DNA from: Solirubrobacteraceae bacterium
Lineage (GTDB): Bacteria; Actinomycetota; Thermoleophilia; Solirubrobacterales; Solirubrobacteraceae
Assembly: GCA_036511695.1 (NCBI GenBank)
Contig: DATCBT010000008.1
Span: 33,137 to 97,136 of the forward strand
DNA length: 64,000 nucleotides
Direction: 5' to 3'
Under the pieces are notes generated by a model. It was not told the origin of the DNA and searched no databases. It worked only from the letters and a program-made list of their open reading frames with translations. Below, piece by piece: positions 1 to 8,648 of the stretch. Every line of letters begins with the position of its first letter. The first letter of the stretch is position 1. A program made the translations under genes and the position numbers.

Positions 1-1281
1 ACGAGCCTGCAGGTTCTCCTCCGTCAGGTCGGCCTGGAGCCCGGCGAACTCGTCACGGAGCGTCCCGGCGTAGGCATCCATGATCGCCTCGATCTCCAGC
101 TCGTGCGTGCGCAGACCGAGCCTGGCGGCGAGGGCGCGCGCGTCGTCCTGTGTCGCGGCCGAGGAGTAGGGGGAGGGCATGATCACCGTGCTCACCCGCT
201 CGGCGCCGAGGGCGTCCGCGGCGAGACAGGCCACGAGGGCGGAGTCGACCCCCCCGGAGAGGCCGAGGACGACGCGCGCGAAGCCGTTCTTATCGACGTA
301 GTCGTGCAGACCGAGCACCAGCGCCGCATAGACCTCGGCCTGCGAGGGCTCGATCGGTTTCGCCAGAGGGGGAGCGGGCGCCGGCGCGGTTGCGCATAGC
401 TGAGAGCCACCGCTGCCGCTACTGCTGCCGCTGTCACTACCACTGCCGCGGGCCGGCGCGGAGGAGGAGGGCAATCGTGGCAGCACCGTCACCCGCGCCG
501 GCGAGCTCTGCGCGACCGGCTGCTCGCTGCCTGAACGCTGCCTGGCCGTCGCGACGGCGTCGAGGTCGAGATCGCATATGAGCAGATCCTCCGCGAACTG
601 GGCGGCGCGCGCGAGCGTCTCACCGGTGTGGCCGATGACGCAGGAATGCCCGTCGAAGAGCAGCTCGTCCTGGCCGCCGACGAGCGCGCAGAAGGCGACG
701 CAGGCGCGATCCTCACGGGCCCGCTGGGCGAGCATCAGCTCGCGCTCGGAGCCCTTGCCCGCGTGGTAGGGAGAGGCGGATATGTTGACGATCAGCGTCG
801 CGCCCGCCAGGGCCTCCTCAGAGGCCGGCGGGCCGGGCTCCCAGATGTCCTCGCAGACCGTCAGCCCGATGCGGTGGGCGCCGAGGTCGATCACGGCCCC
901 GCCGGCGCCGGCCCGGAAGTAGCGCCGCTCGTCGAACACTCCGTAGTTGGGCAGGTGGACCTTGCGGTAGATCGCATGCACTGCTCCATCGGCGAGCACC
1001 GCGGCGGCGTTGCAGACGTGCTCGGCCCGCTCGGGGAAGCCGACGATCGCGACCACGCCGTGCGTGTCGGCCGCCAGCTCTCCCAGGGCGGCCTGTACGT
1101 CGAGCAGGAAGTGCTCGCGCAGCAGCAGGTCCTCCGGGGGGTAGCCGGTGAGGGCGAGCTCGGGGAACAGCACGAGCTCCGCTCCGGCTTCACGGGCGCC
1201 GTCGAGGCCCGCGCGAATCCGCGCGGCGTTCCCGGCGATGTCGCCCACCGTGGCATTCATCTGGCAGAGAGCCAGGCGCAC
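1..1281 (-). CDS. nadE: Glutamine-dependent NAD+ synthetase (3' end runs off the window)
   Basis: Manual translation from GTG at 1281: MRLALCQMNATVGDIAGN...FPELALTGYPPEDLLL (CN-hydrolase domain), later VVLGLSGGVDSALVA...EENLQAR (synthetase domain). Absent from the ORF track because the stop lies outside the window. Confidence 0.95.
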   Translation of the reverse strand, partial: MRLALCQMNATVGDIAGNAARIRAGLDGAREAGAELVLFPELALTGYPPEDLLLREHFLLDVQAALGELAADTHGVVAIVGFPERAEHVCNAAAVLADGAVHAIYRKVHLPNYGVFDERRYFRAGAGGAVIDLGAHRIGLTVCEDIWEPGPPASEEALAGATLIVNISASPYHAGKGSERELMLAQRAREDRACVAFCALVGGQDELLFDGHSCVIGHTGETLARAAQFAEDLLICDLDLDAVATARQRSGSEQPVAQSSPARVTVLPRLPSSSAPARGSGSDSGSSSGSGGSQLCATAPAPAPPLAKPIEPSQAEVYAALVLGLHDYVDKNGFARVVLGLSGGVDSALVACLAADALGAERVSTVIMPSPYSSAATQDDARALAARLGLRTHELEIEAIMDAYAGTLRDEFAGLQADLTEENLQAR

Positions 1282-1301
1282 TGCGGAGCGAGCCTATCCC
1301 G

Positions 1302-2945
1302 TCAGCTCTGCACGGCGGGAGGCTTACCGACCGAGGCTCGGCGAGCGTCGGCGCTCCGAACGGCCTTGGGCCGAGGGCTCCGAACGGCCCTGGGCTGTGG
1401 GCTCTGGACGGCCTTGCGCTGTCGGCCCTGGACGGACTTGCGCTGTGGGCTTCGGCCGGCATCGGGCTGCGGGCTGGTGCCGTTGGCTCGGCTTGGGTCG
1501 GCACCTGCGCCGCGCGGCTGCACGCGGGCTCGCGTCGAGAGCCCCGCCGCACGAGCCAGCGCGGCGACCGCCCAGCGCAGATCGCGGGCGAGCCCCTCGA
1601 TCTCCGGTAGGGCGTCGTAGTCGGCGAGCAGGCCGAAGCCGAGATGACCGTCGTAGCTCATGACGGCGATGCCCAGCGCCTGGCGGCGCGCGAGCGGCAC
1701 GACCGGGTAGAGCACCTGCAGGCGACGGCCGAGCAGGTAGAGCGGAAACTGCGGTCCGGGGACGTTGGTGACCACCAGGTTGAAGAAGCGCTGGCGGGCC
1801 TGCAGACGCGCGGCCTGGCTGAGGATCGTGGGCGGCGCGAACCCGGCCAGATCGATCAGCACCTGAGCGCCCACGGCCTGACCGGACTGCTTGAGGTCGT
1901 GCATCGCCCGCGTGATCTGTCGCAGGCAGGCCACGGGGTCCTCCTCGCCAACGGGCAGGGGGGCCCACATCGCGGCAACGTGATTGCCGAGCGCGGGTGG
2001 GTTGGATCTCCGATCCACGTCGGCGCGCACCGAGACGGGCACCATCGCCTTCAGGGTCAGACCCTCGGTGTCGTGGCCCTGGGCGCGTAGATAGCGACCA
2101 AGCGCGATGCTGACCGATGCCAGCACGACGTCGTTGAGCGTGCCGCCGAGCGAGTCCTTGATCGTCTTGAACTGGGCGAGGTCGCCGTCGAGGAAGGTGT
2201 AGCGCCGGTGCGGGCCGATATCGACGTTGAACGGGCTCGAAGGCGCGGGCGCGCTGACGCCGGCGATCGTGGTGGCGCCGATGCTCGCGAGGCTGTCCTT
2301 CAGCTGCGAGGCCGCCCTGCGCGGAGCGCGCAGCAAAGCGCGGGCGCCGCGGGTCATCTCGGCGGGAACGGTCGTGCGCTCGAGCAGAGCCTCGCCGAGC
2401 AGCTTGGCCGCTCCCGGCAGCGGCCGGGCGGTCCAGGGCGCCGGTGGGCGCGCAGTAGCGACCGGCTCGGCAGCGGCATCGAACAAGACGGTGGTGATGT
2501 CCACGCCGGAGATCCCGTCGACGAGCGCGTGGTGGGTCTTTGCGATCAGCGCGAAGCGCCCGCCGGCCATGCGCTGCACAAGCCAGATCTCCCAGAGCGG
2601 CTTGGAGCGATCCAGGCGCTGGGAGAAGAGCCGACCGGCGAGCTGCTTGAGCGCGGCCTCGTCAGCCGGTCGCGGCAGGGCCGTATGGCGGATGTGGTAG
2701 CGCGGATTGAAGTGCGGATCGTCGGCCCATATTGGCCTGCCCTGTCCGAGCGGGACATACGCGAGCCGTTGGCGATAGCGCGGCACCAGATGCAGGCGGC
2801 TGAGGACATGGTCGATCAGCTCCTGCGGGGTGGGCGCCTTGCCCTCGAAGACCATCACCGAGGCGACATGCATGTGCGCCGTGGAGTCGTCCTCGAGGTG
2901 CAGGAAGGCAGAGTCCAGGGCGGAAAGGCGATCGGGGTTGGCCAT
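1302..2945 (-). CDS. Wax ester synthase/diacylglycerol acyltransferase (WS/DGAT)
   Basis: RLSALDSAFLHLE N-terminus, catalytic HHALVDG motif, TNVPGP motif; start at MANPDRL. Confidence 0.95.
   Translation of the reverse strand: MANPDRLSALDSAFLHLEDDSTAHMHVASVMVFEGKAPTPQELIDHVLSRLHLVPRYRQRLAYVPLGQGRPIWADDPHFNPRYHIRHTALPRPADEAALKQLAGRLFSQRLDRSKPLWEIWLVQRMAGGRFALIAKTHHALVDGISGVDITTVLFDAAAEPVATARPPAPWTARPLPGAAKLLGEALLERTTVPAEMTRGARALLRAPRRAASQLKDSLASIGATTIAGVSAPAPSSPFNVDIGPHRRYTFLDGDLAQFKTIKDSLGGTLNDVVLASVSIALGRYLRAQGHDTEGLTLKAMVPVSVRADVDRRSNPPALGNHVAAMWAPLPVGEEDPVACLRQITRAMHDLKQSGQAVGAQVLIDLAGFAPPTILSQAARLQARQRFFNLVVTNVPGPQFPLYLLGRRLQVLYPVVPLARRQALGIAVMSYDGHLGFGLLADYDALPEIEGLARDLRWAVAALARAAGLSTRARVQPRGAGADPSRANGTSPQPDAGRSPQRKSVQGRQRKAVQSPQPRAVRSPRPKAVRSADARRASVGKPPAVQS
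1354..1473. repeat. Five degenerate 24-bp tandem repeats in the WS/DGAT 3' tail
   Basis: Units ctccgaacggccttgggccgaggg, ctccgaacggccctgggctgtggg, ctctggacggccttgcgctgtcgg, ccctggacggacttgcgctgtggg, cttcggccggcatcgggctgcggg; they encode 8-aa basic repeats. Confidence 0.85.
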
Positions 2946-3060
2946 CGGGCATCGATTGTCGCGGCTTCGCTGCCGCACGTCAACGTTGGGTGCTTCTGTG
3001 TGTTTGCGGCGTTGCTTCGCGCGGAAGGGGTGTGATGGCTCGCGCAGGCAAGGAAGGCAA

Positions 3061-3078
3061 GTGTGATGTCCATCACAC
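3061..3078. promoter_or_regulatory. CRP-type binding site
   Basis: GTGTGATGTCCATCACAC contains a perfect TGTGA-N6-TCACA. Confidence 0.8.
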
Positions 3079-3105
3079 ATCACGTCCGTAAGGGCCGCCT
3101 AGGAT

Positions 3106-3121
3106 ACGAACAATTGTTCGA
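3106..3121. promoter_or_regulatory. LexA (SOS) box
   Basis: ACGAAC-AATT-GTTCGA matches the Gram-positive CGAAC-N4-GTTCG consensus. Confidence 0.7.
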
Positions 3122-3295
3122 CCCGCCGAGTCGTCTCCCGGATGGAGACGAGCGGGGGACCCACTGCCAGTTCGTTGTTGTAGGCGATCTGGATGGGGCG
3201 AATCGGCCGCTGTTGTGGCCGTAACGCCCGGTTGGCGCGCGTTTCGCTTGCGTGTCCTACCGGCTCGTGAGCCCGACAGCTAACCCCGTAGGCGG
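3122..3295 (+). ncRNA. Cyclic di-AMP (ydaO/yuaA) riboswitch
   Basis: Conserved blocks CGCCGAGTC, GCGGGGGACCCA, TGGGGCGAATC and GAGCCCGACAGCTAACCCCGTAGGC; terminal CCGCC/GGCGG pairing; lies upstream of a cell-wall lytic gene. Confidence 0.9.
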
Positions 3296-3314
3296 ACACC
3301 AAGGAGGTTCTCAA

Positions 3315-4004
3315 TTGTACGTTCCCACGACGCTCGCGCCGCCCGCTGTTACGCCCCTTGCTCCGATCGTGATCCCGGCGAGCACGACACCACCGTTTGC
3401 GGGGCCGGCGCACACCGTGCTGAGCGCGTACCGCACGGAGATGAACGTGCTCGAGGGCCACAGCACGAGCGTCACCGGCGAGCTGACCAGCACGCTCCGC
3501 GGCGGTGCCCCCGGTCCACGATCGGACAAAGATCGGCCGGTGGGACTGTCAGGACGGGTCGTGAGGCTGCAGGTACTCGTCGACCACGGCTGGAGGACAC
3601 TGGCCCATACCCTGACCGGCCTCCAGGGTCGCTATCGCTTGCGCTATGTGCCGCGCCAGACAGCGAGCGAGCGGGTGCGGCTGCGCTTCGCGGGCGACAA
3701 CCAGGACATCGGCTCGCAGCGCAGACTGGGCCGTTTGAACGTCTACCGCCTGGCGCAGGCGTCATGGTATGGCGGTGGTGGCCAGCTGGCTTGCGGTGGC
3801 GAGCTGACGAGCACGACCATGGGTGTGGCGAACAAGACGCTTCCCTGCGGCACGTTGGTGACGCTCCGCTACGACGGGCATACGGTGCGGGTGCCGGTTA
3901 TCGATCGCGGGCCATATGTGGCCGGGCGCGAATTCGACCTGACGCAAGCGACCAAGCAGGCGCTCGGGTTCGGCGACCTCGGCGAGGTGTGGAGCACGTC
4001 CTGA
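3315..4004 (+). CDS. RlpA-like double-psi beta-barrel (lytic transglycosylase-like) protein
   Basis: C-terminal ASWYG...VANKTLPCGTLVTL...VPVIDRGPYVAGREFDLT; TTG start after an AAGGAGG RBS. Confidence 0.85.
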   Translation: MYVPTTLAPPAVTPLAPIVIPASTTPPFAGPAHTVLSAYRTEMNVLEGHSTSVTGELTSTLRGGAPGPRSDKDRPVGLSGRVVRLQVLVDHGWRTLAHTLTGLQGRYRLRYVPRQTASERVRLRFAGDNQDIGSQRRLGRLNVYRLAQASWYGGGGQLACGGELTSTTMGVANKTLPCGTLVTLRYDGHTVRVPVIDRGPYVAGREFDLTQATKQALGFGDLGEVWSTS

Positions 4005-4087
4005 GGACACGGCGGTGCATGGGCACGTTCATGCAAGGGTTGGCTTTCGGCGTCCTGCCTCCTTGAATCTGCGGAATGTCCGCTGCA

Positions 4088-5173
4088 ATGAAGACGTCGC
4101 GCACACAGATGTGGCTCGAGAACCTGGGCGAATGGAGCTGGCCGGGCCGGGGCGCGGAAGCGGTGGAAGCGCTGCCCCCGTCCTGGGTACCCGTGTTTCC
4201 ACCCCGTCTGGAGTCAATCGCTCCGGCGGCGGCCGCACCCGAGCCGTGGCAGTCGCCGCGAGCGATCAGGTTCGGCACGGGCGCGCTCCTGAGCGCCCTG
4301 GCGGCGATCTGCGCGATGCTGGCGCTCAACGGCCCGATCGGCCTGGAGCGCCTCGTCGGAGCTCGCACCGCGCGGTCGACCGAGGAGATCCTCCCGGCAA
4401 TCAGCTCGACCGCCGCCTCGGCACAACCGCTGCCCACGCTCAGGATGCTCAGCCACGACGCGGCCGGAAGCTCGATCGACAGGGCAAGCTATCCCTCGCT
4501 GGCGCTGCACGGACAGGGCTCGTTCCTTGCCTACCTGCCCGCCGGCTATGCCAAGACGAGCCGCCACTACCCGGTGCTCTATCTGCTGACGGGCAACGAC
4601 CAGCAGAACACGGCGTTCCTGCAGATCGGACTGCAGGCTGAGCTCGACCGGTTGATCGCGCGACACGCGATCGCACCCGTGATCGCCGTGATGATCCAAG
4701 GCGGACCTGGATCGAACAACTGGCGCAACCGGGGGACACAGCACTACGAAAGCTACATCCTGGAAGTGCAGGAACTGATCGACCGCACGCTGCCCACCGT
4801 GCCCGCGCGCGCCGCTCGTGCGGTCATGGGCGACTCAATGGGCGGCTATGGCGCCATGAACATCGCCCTCGCCGACCCTTACCGCTTCGGCGTTGTGGAG
4901 AGCTGGCTCAGCTTCTTCAACGGACTCGGGGGGGCTTTGCGCGCCGACCGGCCGGTCCTCGCGCGGCTCGGCCTGCACGCGTTCCTCTATGGCGGCGAAT
5001 CCGATCGCATCGCCGATCCGGAGGAGGATGCACCGTTCGCCGCCGCGCTGCGGGCCGCCGGAGCGGATGCCAAAAGCGCGATCTATCCCGGCGAACACAA
5101 CCTGGAAACGCTCCAAGCCCATCTGTCGAGCATGCTCGTGTTCGCGGGGCACAGGTTGTCAGCTGCAGGGTGA
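4088..5173 (+). CDS. Membrane-anchored putative esterase (alpha/beta hydrolase, antigen-85/Fes-like)
   Basis: YLPAGY...YPVLYLL and GDSMGG nucleophile elbow; N-terminal TM segment. Confidence 0.8.
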   Translation: MKTSRTQMWLENLGEWSWPGRGAEAVEALPPSWVPVFPPRLESIAPAAAAPEPWQSPRAIRFGTGALLSALAAICAMLALNGPIGLERLVGARTARSTEEILPAISSTAASAQPLPTLRMLSHDAAGSSIDRASYPSLALHGQGSFLAYLPAGYAKTSRHYPVLYLLTGNDQQNTAFLQIGLQAELDRLIARHAIAPVIAVMIQGGPGSNNWRNRGTQHYESYILEVQELIDRTLPTVPARAARAVMGDSMGGYGAMNIALADPYRFGVVESWLSFFNGLGGALRADRPVLARLGLHAFLYGGESDRIADPEEDAPFAAALRAAGADAKSAIYPGEHNLETLQAHLSSMLVFAGHRLSAAG

Positions 5174-5296
5174 GAATCTCCGCGGCTTCTACCGCATCTA
5201 ATTGCCGCGCGCGGGGTTCTCATAAACTAGTATGTGTCCAGGGTCTCAATGATTTGTCATGGGTCGATGTGGGAGCATAAGGAGAGGGGTCATCAG

Positions 5297-5845
5297 ATGG
5301 TGCGCGAAACCTGTAGCTACGAGGTTCGGGGAAAGCTGAAGCGGGCTGGTCGGTTCGGAGTGCGTGCGCGGGCGCGCAACTTGCTGATGGCCGGCGCGAT
5401 GTCCGTCGGTGTCCTTACCGGCATCGCCGTGCTCGGTGCCGGCACGTCGAGCGCCGCGGGCCCAAGGGCCGTCGCGGCGAGGACGATCACGCTGCATGAG
5501 GCCGGGAGCCTGCATCGCACCAGCAGCTCTGGGCTCAAGCTCAACGAGCAGGGCTCGGCCTCGGGGACGATCAAGGGCAAGATCTACATCCATCTGGACG
5601 TCGTATCACCCAATCGCGTGACAGCCGAAGTCAACATCTATCCGAACGGTGGCTCTCTAACGGGATCGGGGTCGGCCAACTATCAAGTCAATGGCGGCAC
5701 GGCCAGCTTCTCCGGCAAGATGTCGATCAAGCGTGGGACCGGCAGCTACAACGGCGCGCATGGGTCAGGCTTGAGCTTCAGCGGCACGATCCAGCGTCTG
5801 AGCGGCGCTGTCACCGTGCACCTGAGCGGCAGCATGTCCACCTGA
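5297..5845 (+). CDS. Secreted beta-rich protein, possibly a dirigent/allene-oxide-cyclase-like barrel
   Basis: Signal-peptide-like segment, alternating beta-strand pattern and SIKRGTGSYNGAHG resembling the GGTGx(Y/F)xGAxG motif. Confidence 0.65.
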   Translation: MVRETCSYEVRGKLKRAGRFGVRARARNLLMAGAMSVGVLTGIAVLGAGTSSAAGPRAVAARTITLHEAGSLHRTSSSGLKLNEQGSASGTIKGKIYIHLDVVSPNRVTAEVNIYPNGGSLTGSGSANYQVNGGTASFSGKMSIKRGTGSYNGAHGSGLSFSGTIQRLSGAVTVHLSGSMST

Positions 5846-5852
5846 GCGGGGT

Positions 5853-6629
5853 ATGAGCCCCATGTCGAAGATCAGGGCCATTACGGCCGCGCTGTTGGTC
5901 TGCTGCTGTCTGCCGGCGACGGCCGGCGCTGCGCAGACGGTCACGCTCCACACGTCGTTCTCGCCCGACAAGCTCGGCCAGAGCACGACGGTCGGGTTCG
6001 GCTTTCAGATCGCCAGCACCAGCGGAGGCCTGCCCTCGCCGCTGACCGGTCTCAGCCTGCATCTTCCCCCTGGGATCGACTACATCACGACGACGCTGGG
6101 ACTCTCGATCTGCCAGCCCGCGAGTCTGCTCGAACGTGGCTTGAGCGGCTGTTCGCCGAACTCGCGCCTCGGGTTCGGGAGCGCGCTGGTGGAAGTGCCC
6201 TTCGGCACAGGGTCGGGACATGAGATACCCGACATCCAGGCGCTGATGGGTCCCTCGCACAACGGCAACATCGTCGTGCTGTTCTACGCAAACGGGCAGG
6301 AACCGGTCTACGCCCAAATCGTCTTCCAGGGTGAACTCGTTGCCGGCTCAACCGCCTTCGGGGGGGACCTGGACGCCACGATACCGCTGATACCCAGCGT
6401 GACCAATGGCCCGCCTGTCTCGATCCTCAGCGTCGAATCGACGATCGGGCCCAGCCACCTGATCTACTACAAGCATGTCCATGGCAAACGGGTGGCCTTT
6501 CACCCGCGCGGCGTCTCGGTCCCACTGAGATGCCCGCGTGGGGGCTTCCCGTTCTCGGCGAACTTCAGCTTCTTGGACGGCACCAGCACCGTGGCGAGGA
6601 GCGTCGTGCCCTGCCCGTCACGGCGATAA
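5853..6629 (+). CDS. Secreted Cys-containing hypothetical protein (single copy of the repeat domain in 48392-52594)
   Basis: Signal peptide ending AGA-A; LSLHLPPG...C...GCSPNSRLG pattern. Confidence 0.75.
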   Translation: MSPMSKIRAITAALLVCCCLPATAGAAQTVTLHTSFSPDKLGQSTTVGFGFQIASTSGGLPSPLTGLSLHLPPGIDYITTTLGLSICQPASLLERGLSGCSPNSRLGFGSALVEVPFGTGSGHEIPDIQALMGPSHNGNIVVLFYANGQEPVYAQIVFQGELVAGSTAFGGDLDATIPLIPSVTNGPPVSILSVESTIGPSHLIYYKHVHGKRVAFHPRGVSVPLRCPRGGFPFSANFSFLDGTSTVARSVVPCPSRR

Positions 6630-6677
6630 GGGCTCCTCGCCAAACGCCATGGTGCACGGCTGGTTCCCAGCGATGGC

Positions 6678-7811
6678 GTGGTCGTGGACATCCTGTTTAC
6701 GATCGGGCAAGTGTCGTCGCTAGCCCGTGAACGCGCCGCGCTGAACGCCGCGTTCGTCGATGCGGCGCTGCGCTACTGGTTGACGGTTTTTCCGCGTGTC
6801 AGCCGCTGGCTTGGCTACTGGCGTGAGCGGGCCGGAAGGATCCCCGATCCGGTGCTTCGGCGGATAGCCTTCGACGCGCTGCACAAGCATGGGAACATCG
6901 AGGGCGCCGTCGCCTTCGCGGCGTTCGTGCCGCGCGCACATCGCGCCGCCGTGGTGCGCGCGCTGGCGGCCTTCCAGGCCGCCTACAGCTACGCCGACAT
7001 GCTCTCCGAGCAGCCACACGTGGAGGCGATCGCCAACGGGCGCCGGCTCCATGAAGCGCTGCTCGTGGCGCTCGATCCCTCAGCTCCCCAGCTCGATTAC
7101 TACGCCCACAACCCGCAGCGCGATGACGGTGGATACCTCGAGGAGCTCATCGATACCTGTCGCGCCGCGCTGCGCACCCTGCCCTCCTACGCCGCGGTCG
7201 CGCAGTCGGCGCAGAGAGCCGCCGCTCGTATCGTGACCTTCCAGAGCCTCAACGTCGGCCTGCCGCATGGCGACCACGAGGCCCTCGCACGGTGGGCCGG
7301 CGCGCAAACACCGGCGGGCACCGAGCTACGGTGGTGGGAGACGGCCGCTGCGGCAGGCTCCTCGCTCGGCGTCCACGTGCTGATCGCGGCCGCGGCCGAT
7401 CCCTGCGTCCGGCAGGTCGATCTCGCCGCGATCGACGACGCCTATTTCCCCTGGATCGGAGCCCTGCACTCGCTGCTCGACAACATCGTCGACCGGCAGG
7501 AGGACGCCAGGACCCACCAAGGCAGCCTGGTCGGGTATTACGCCTCACCCGCGGAGGCCGCGACCCGCATGCGGATGCTCACCGTACGGGCCATGCGCAG
7601 CGCTCGCGCGCTGCCGCGGGGACGCCGCCACGCGCTGATCCTCGCCGCGATGGCCGGCAACTACCTGTCAAGCCCCGAGGCGCACGCACCTGGCGTCGAG
7701 GCCGTCTCGCAAAGTGTCCGGGAGGAGATCGGATACCTCGCGAGCCCCACGCTGCTGGTCTTCAAGCTCTGGCGCCTGGCACGCGGCGCCGACGACACCC
7801 GGCTGGTTTGA
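6678..7811 (+). CDS. DUF2600 / tetraprenyl-beta-curcumene synthase (YtpB) family terpene synthase
   Basis: IPDPVLRR, FQAAYSYADMLSE, DGGYLEELI, LRWWE..AAAGSSLG and YFPWIGALHSLLDNIVDRQED match YtpB-family blocks as recalled. Confidence 0.8.
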   Translation: MVVDILFTIGQVSSLARERAALNAAFVDAALRYWLTVFPRVSRWLGYWRERAGRIPDPVLRRIAFDALHKHGNIEGAVAFAAFVPRAHRAAVVRALAAFQAAYSYADMLSEQPHVEAIANGRRLHEALLVALDPSAPQLDYYAHNPQRDDGGYLEELIDTCRAALRTLPSYAAVAQSAQRAAARIVTFQSLNVGLPHGDHEALARWAGAQTPAGTELRWWETAAAAGSSLGVHVLIAAAADPCVRQVDLAAIDDAYFPWIGALHSLLDNIVDRQEDARTHQGSLVGYYASPAEAATRMRMLTVRAMRSARALPRGRRHALILAAMAGNYLSSPEAHAPGVEAVSQSVREEIGYLASPTLLVFKLWRLARGADDTRLV

Positions 7812-7903
7812 GATAGGGTGCAAGCGGGTCCTCCAGTGCTCGCTTTGGAGTGATAGTTGACGTGTTTGAGTCTCGTTGGCGTAAGAGAGGGATTGGGGTG
7901 TAG

Positions 7904-8608
7904 GTGCTGGAGCTGCGCGATCTCGTGAAGCACTATCCCGCGGTTGGGGGGGAGTCTGTGCGCGCCGTCGACGGCGTCTCGCTGTCGGTGGCGCCGGGTG
8001 AGATGGTCGTCCTCTACGGGCCGAGCGGCTCGGGCAAGACCACGCTGCTGTTGATGGTCGCGGCACTGCTCGAGCCGACCAGCGGGTCTGTGCTGGTCAA
8101 CGGCCGCGACATCTCCTCCCTGTCCGAGCGTGAGGCCTCCAACTTCAGGCTCTCCGAAATGGGCTTCGTGCGCCAGAACTTCGACCTGCTGCCCGGGGTC
8201 ACCGCGATCGACAACGCGGTGCTCAAGCTGCTGAAGCACACCCGCTGGCGGGAGGCCCACAGCCGCATCAAGCCGCTGCTCGAGCGCCTCGGCCTGGGTG
8301 AGCGTCTGGAGCACCACGCCGAGACGCTCTCGATGGGTGAGCGCCAGCGCGTGATGATCGCCCGCGCGCTCTCCAGCGAGCCCAAGCTGTTGCTCGCCGA
8401 CGAGCCCACCGGGAGCCTTGACTCACAGCGCAGCCGCGAAGTGCTCGAGCTGCTGCGCGAGCTCTGCCGCGAGCGGGAGGTGGCTGTGGTGCTCGTCAGC
8501 CACGACCCCCAGGCCGCCGCCTATGCCGACCGGGTGCTCGCGCTGCGTGACGGCAAGATCTCGAGCTACGACCCCGAGCAGGGCTTCGCGCCGGCCGGCA
8601 CTCCCTGA
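7904..8608 (+). CDS. ABC transporter ATP-binding protein (LolD/MacB-type)
   Basis: GPSGSGKT, LSMGERQRV, LLADEPTGSLD, VSHD. Confidence 0.95.
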   Translation: MLELRDLVKHYPAVGGESVRAVDGVSLSVAPGEMVVLYGPSGSGKTTLLLMVAALLEPTSGSVLVNGRDISSLSEREASNFRLSEMGFVRQNFDLLPGVTAIDNAVLKLLKHTRWREAHSRIKPLLERLGLGERLEHHAETLSMGERQRVMIARALSSEPKLLLADEPTGSLDSQRSREVLELLRELCREREVAVVLVSHDPQAAAYADRVLALRDGKISSYDPEQGFAPAGTP

Positions 8609-8648
8609 AGGAGATCGGGCCCCCACCCGCCCCCACCCGCCCGCTGGC

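Noticed and set aside
628..1620. 330-aa plus-strand ORF
   Set aside because: Antisense shadow of nadE and the WS/DGAT tail.
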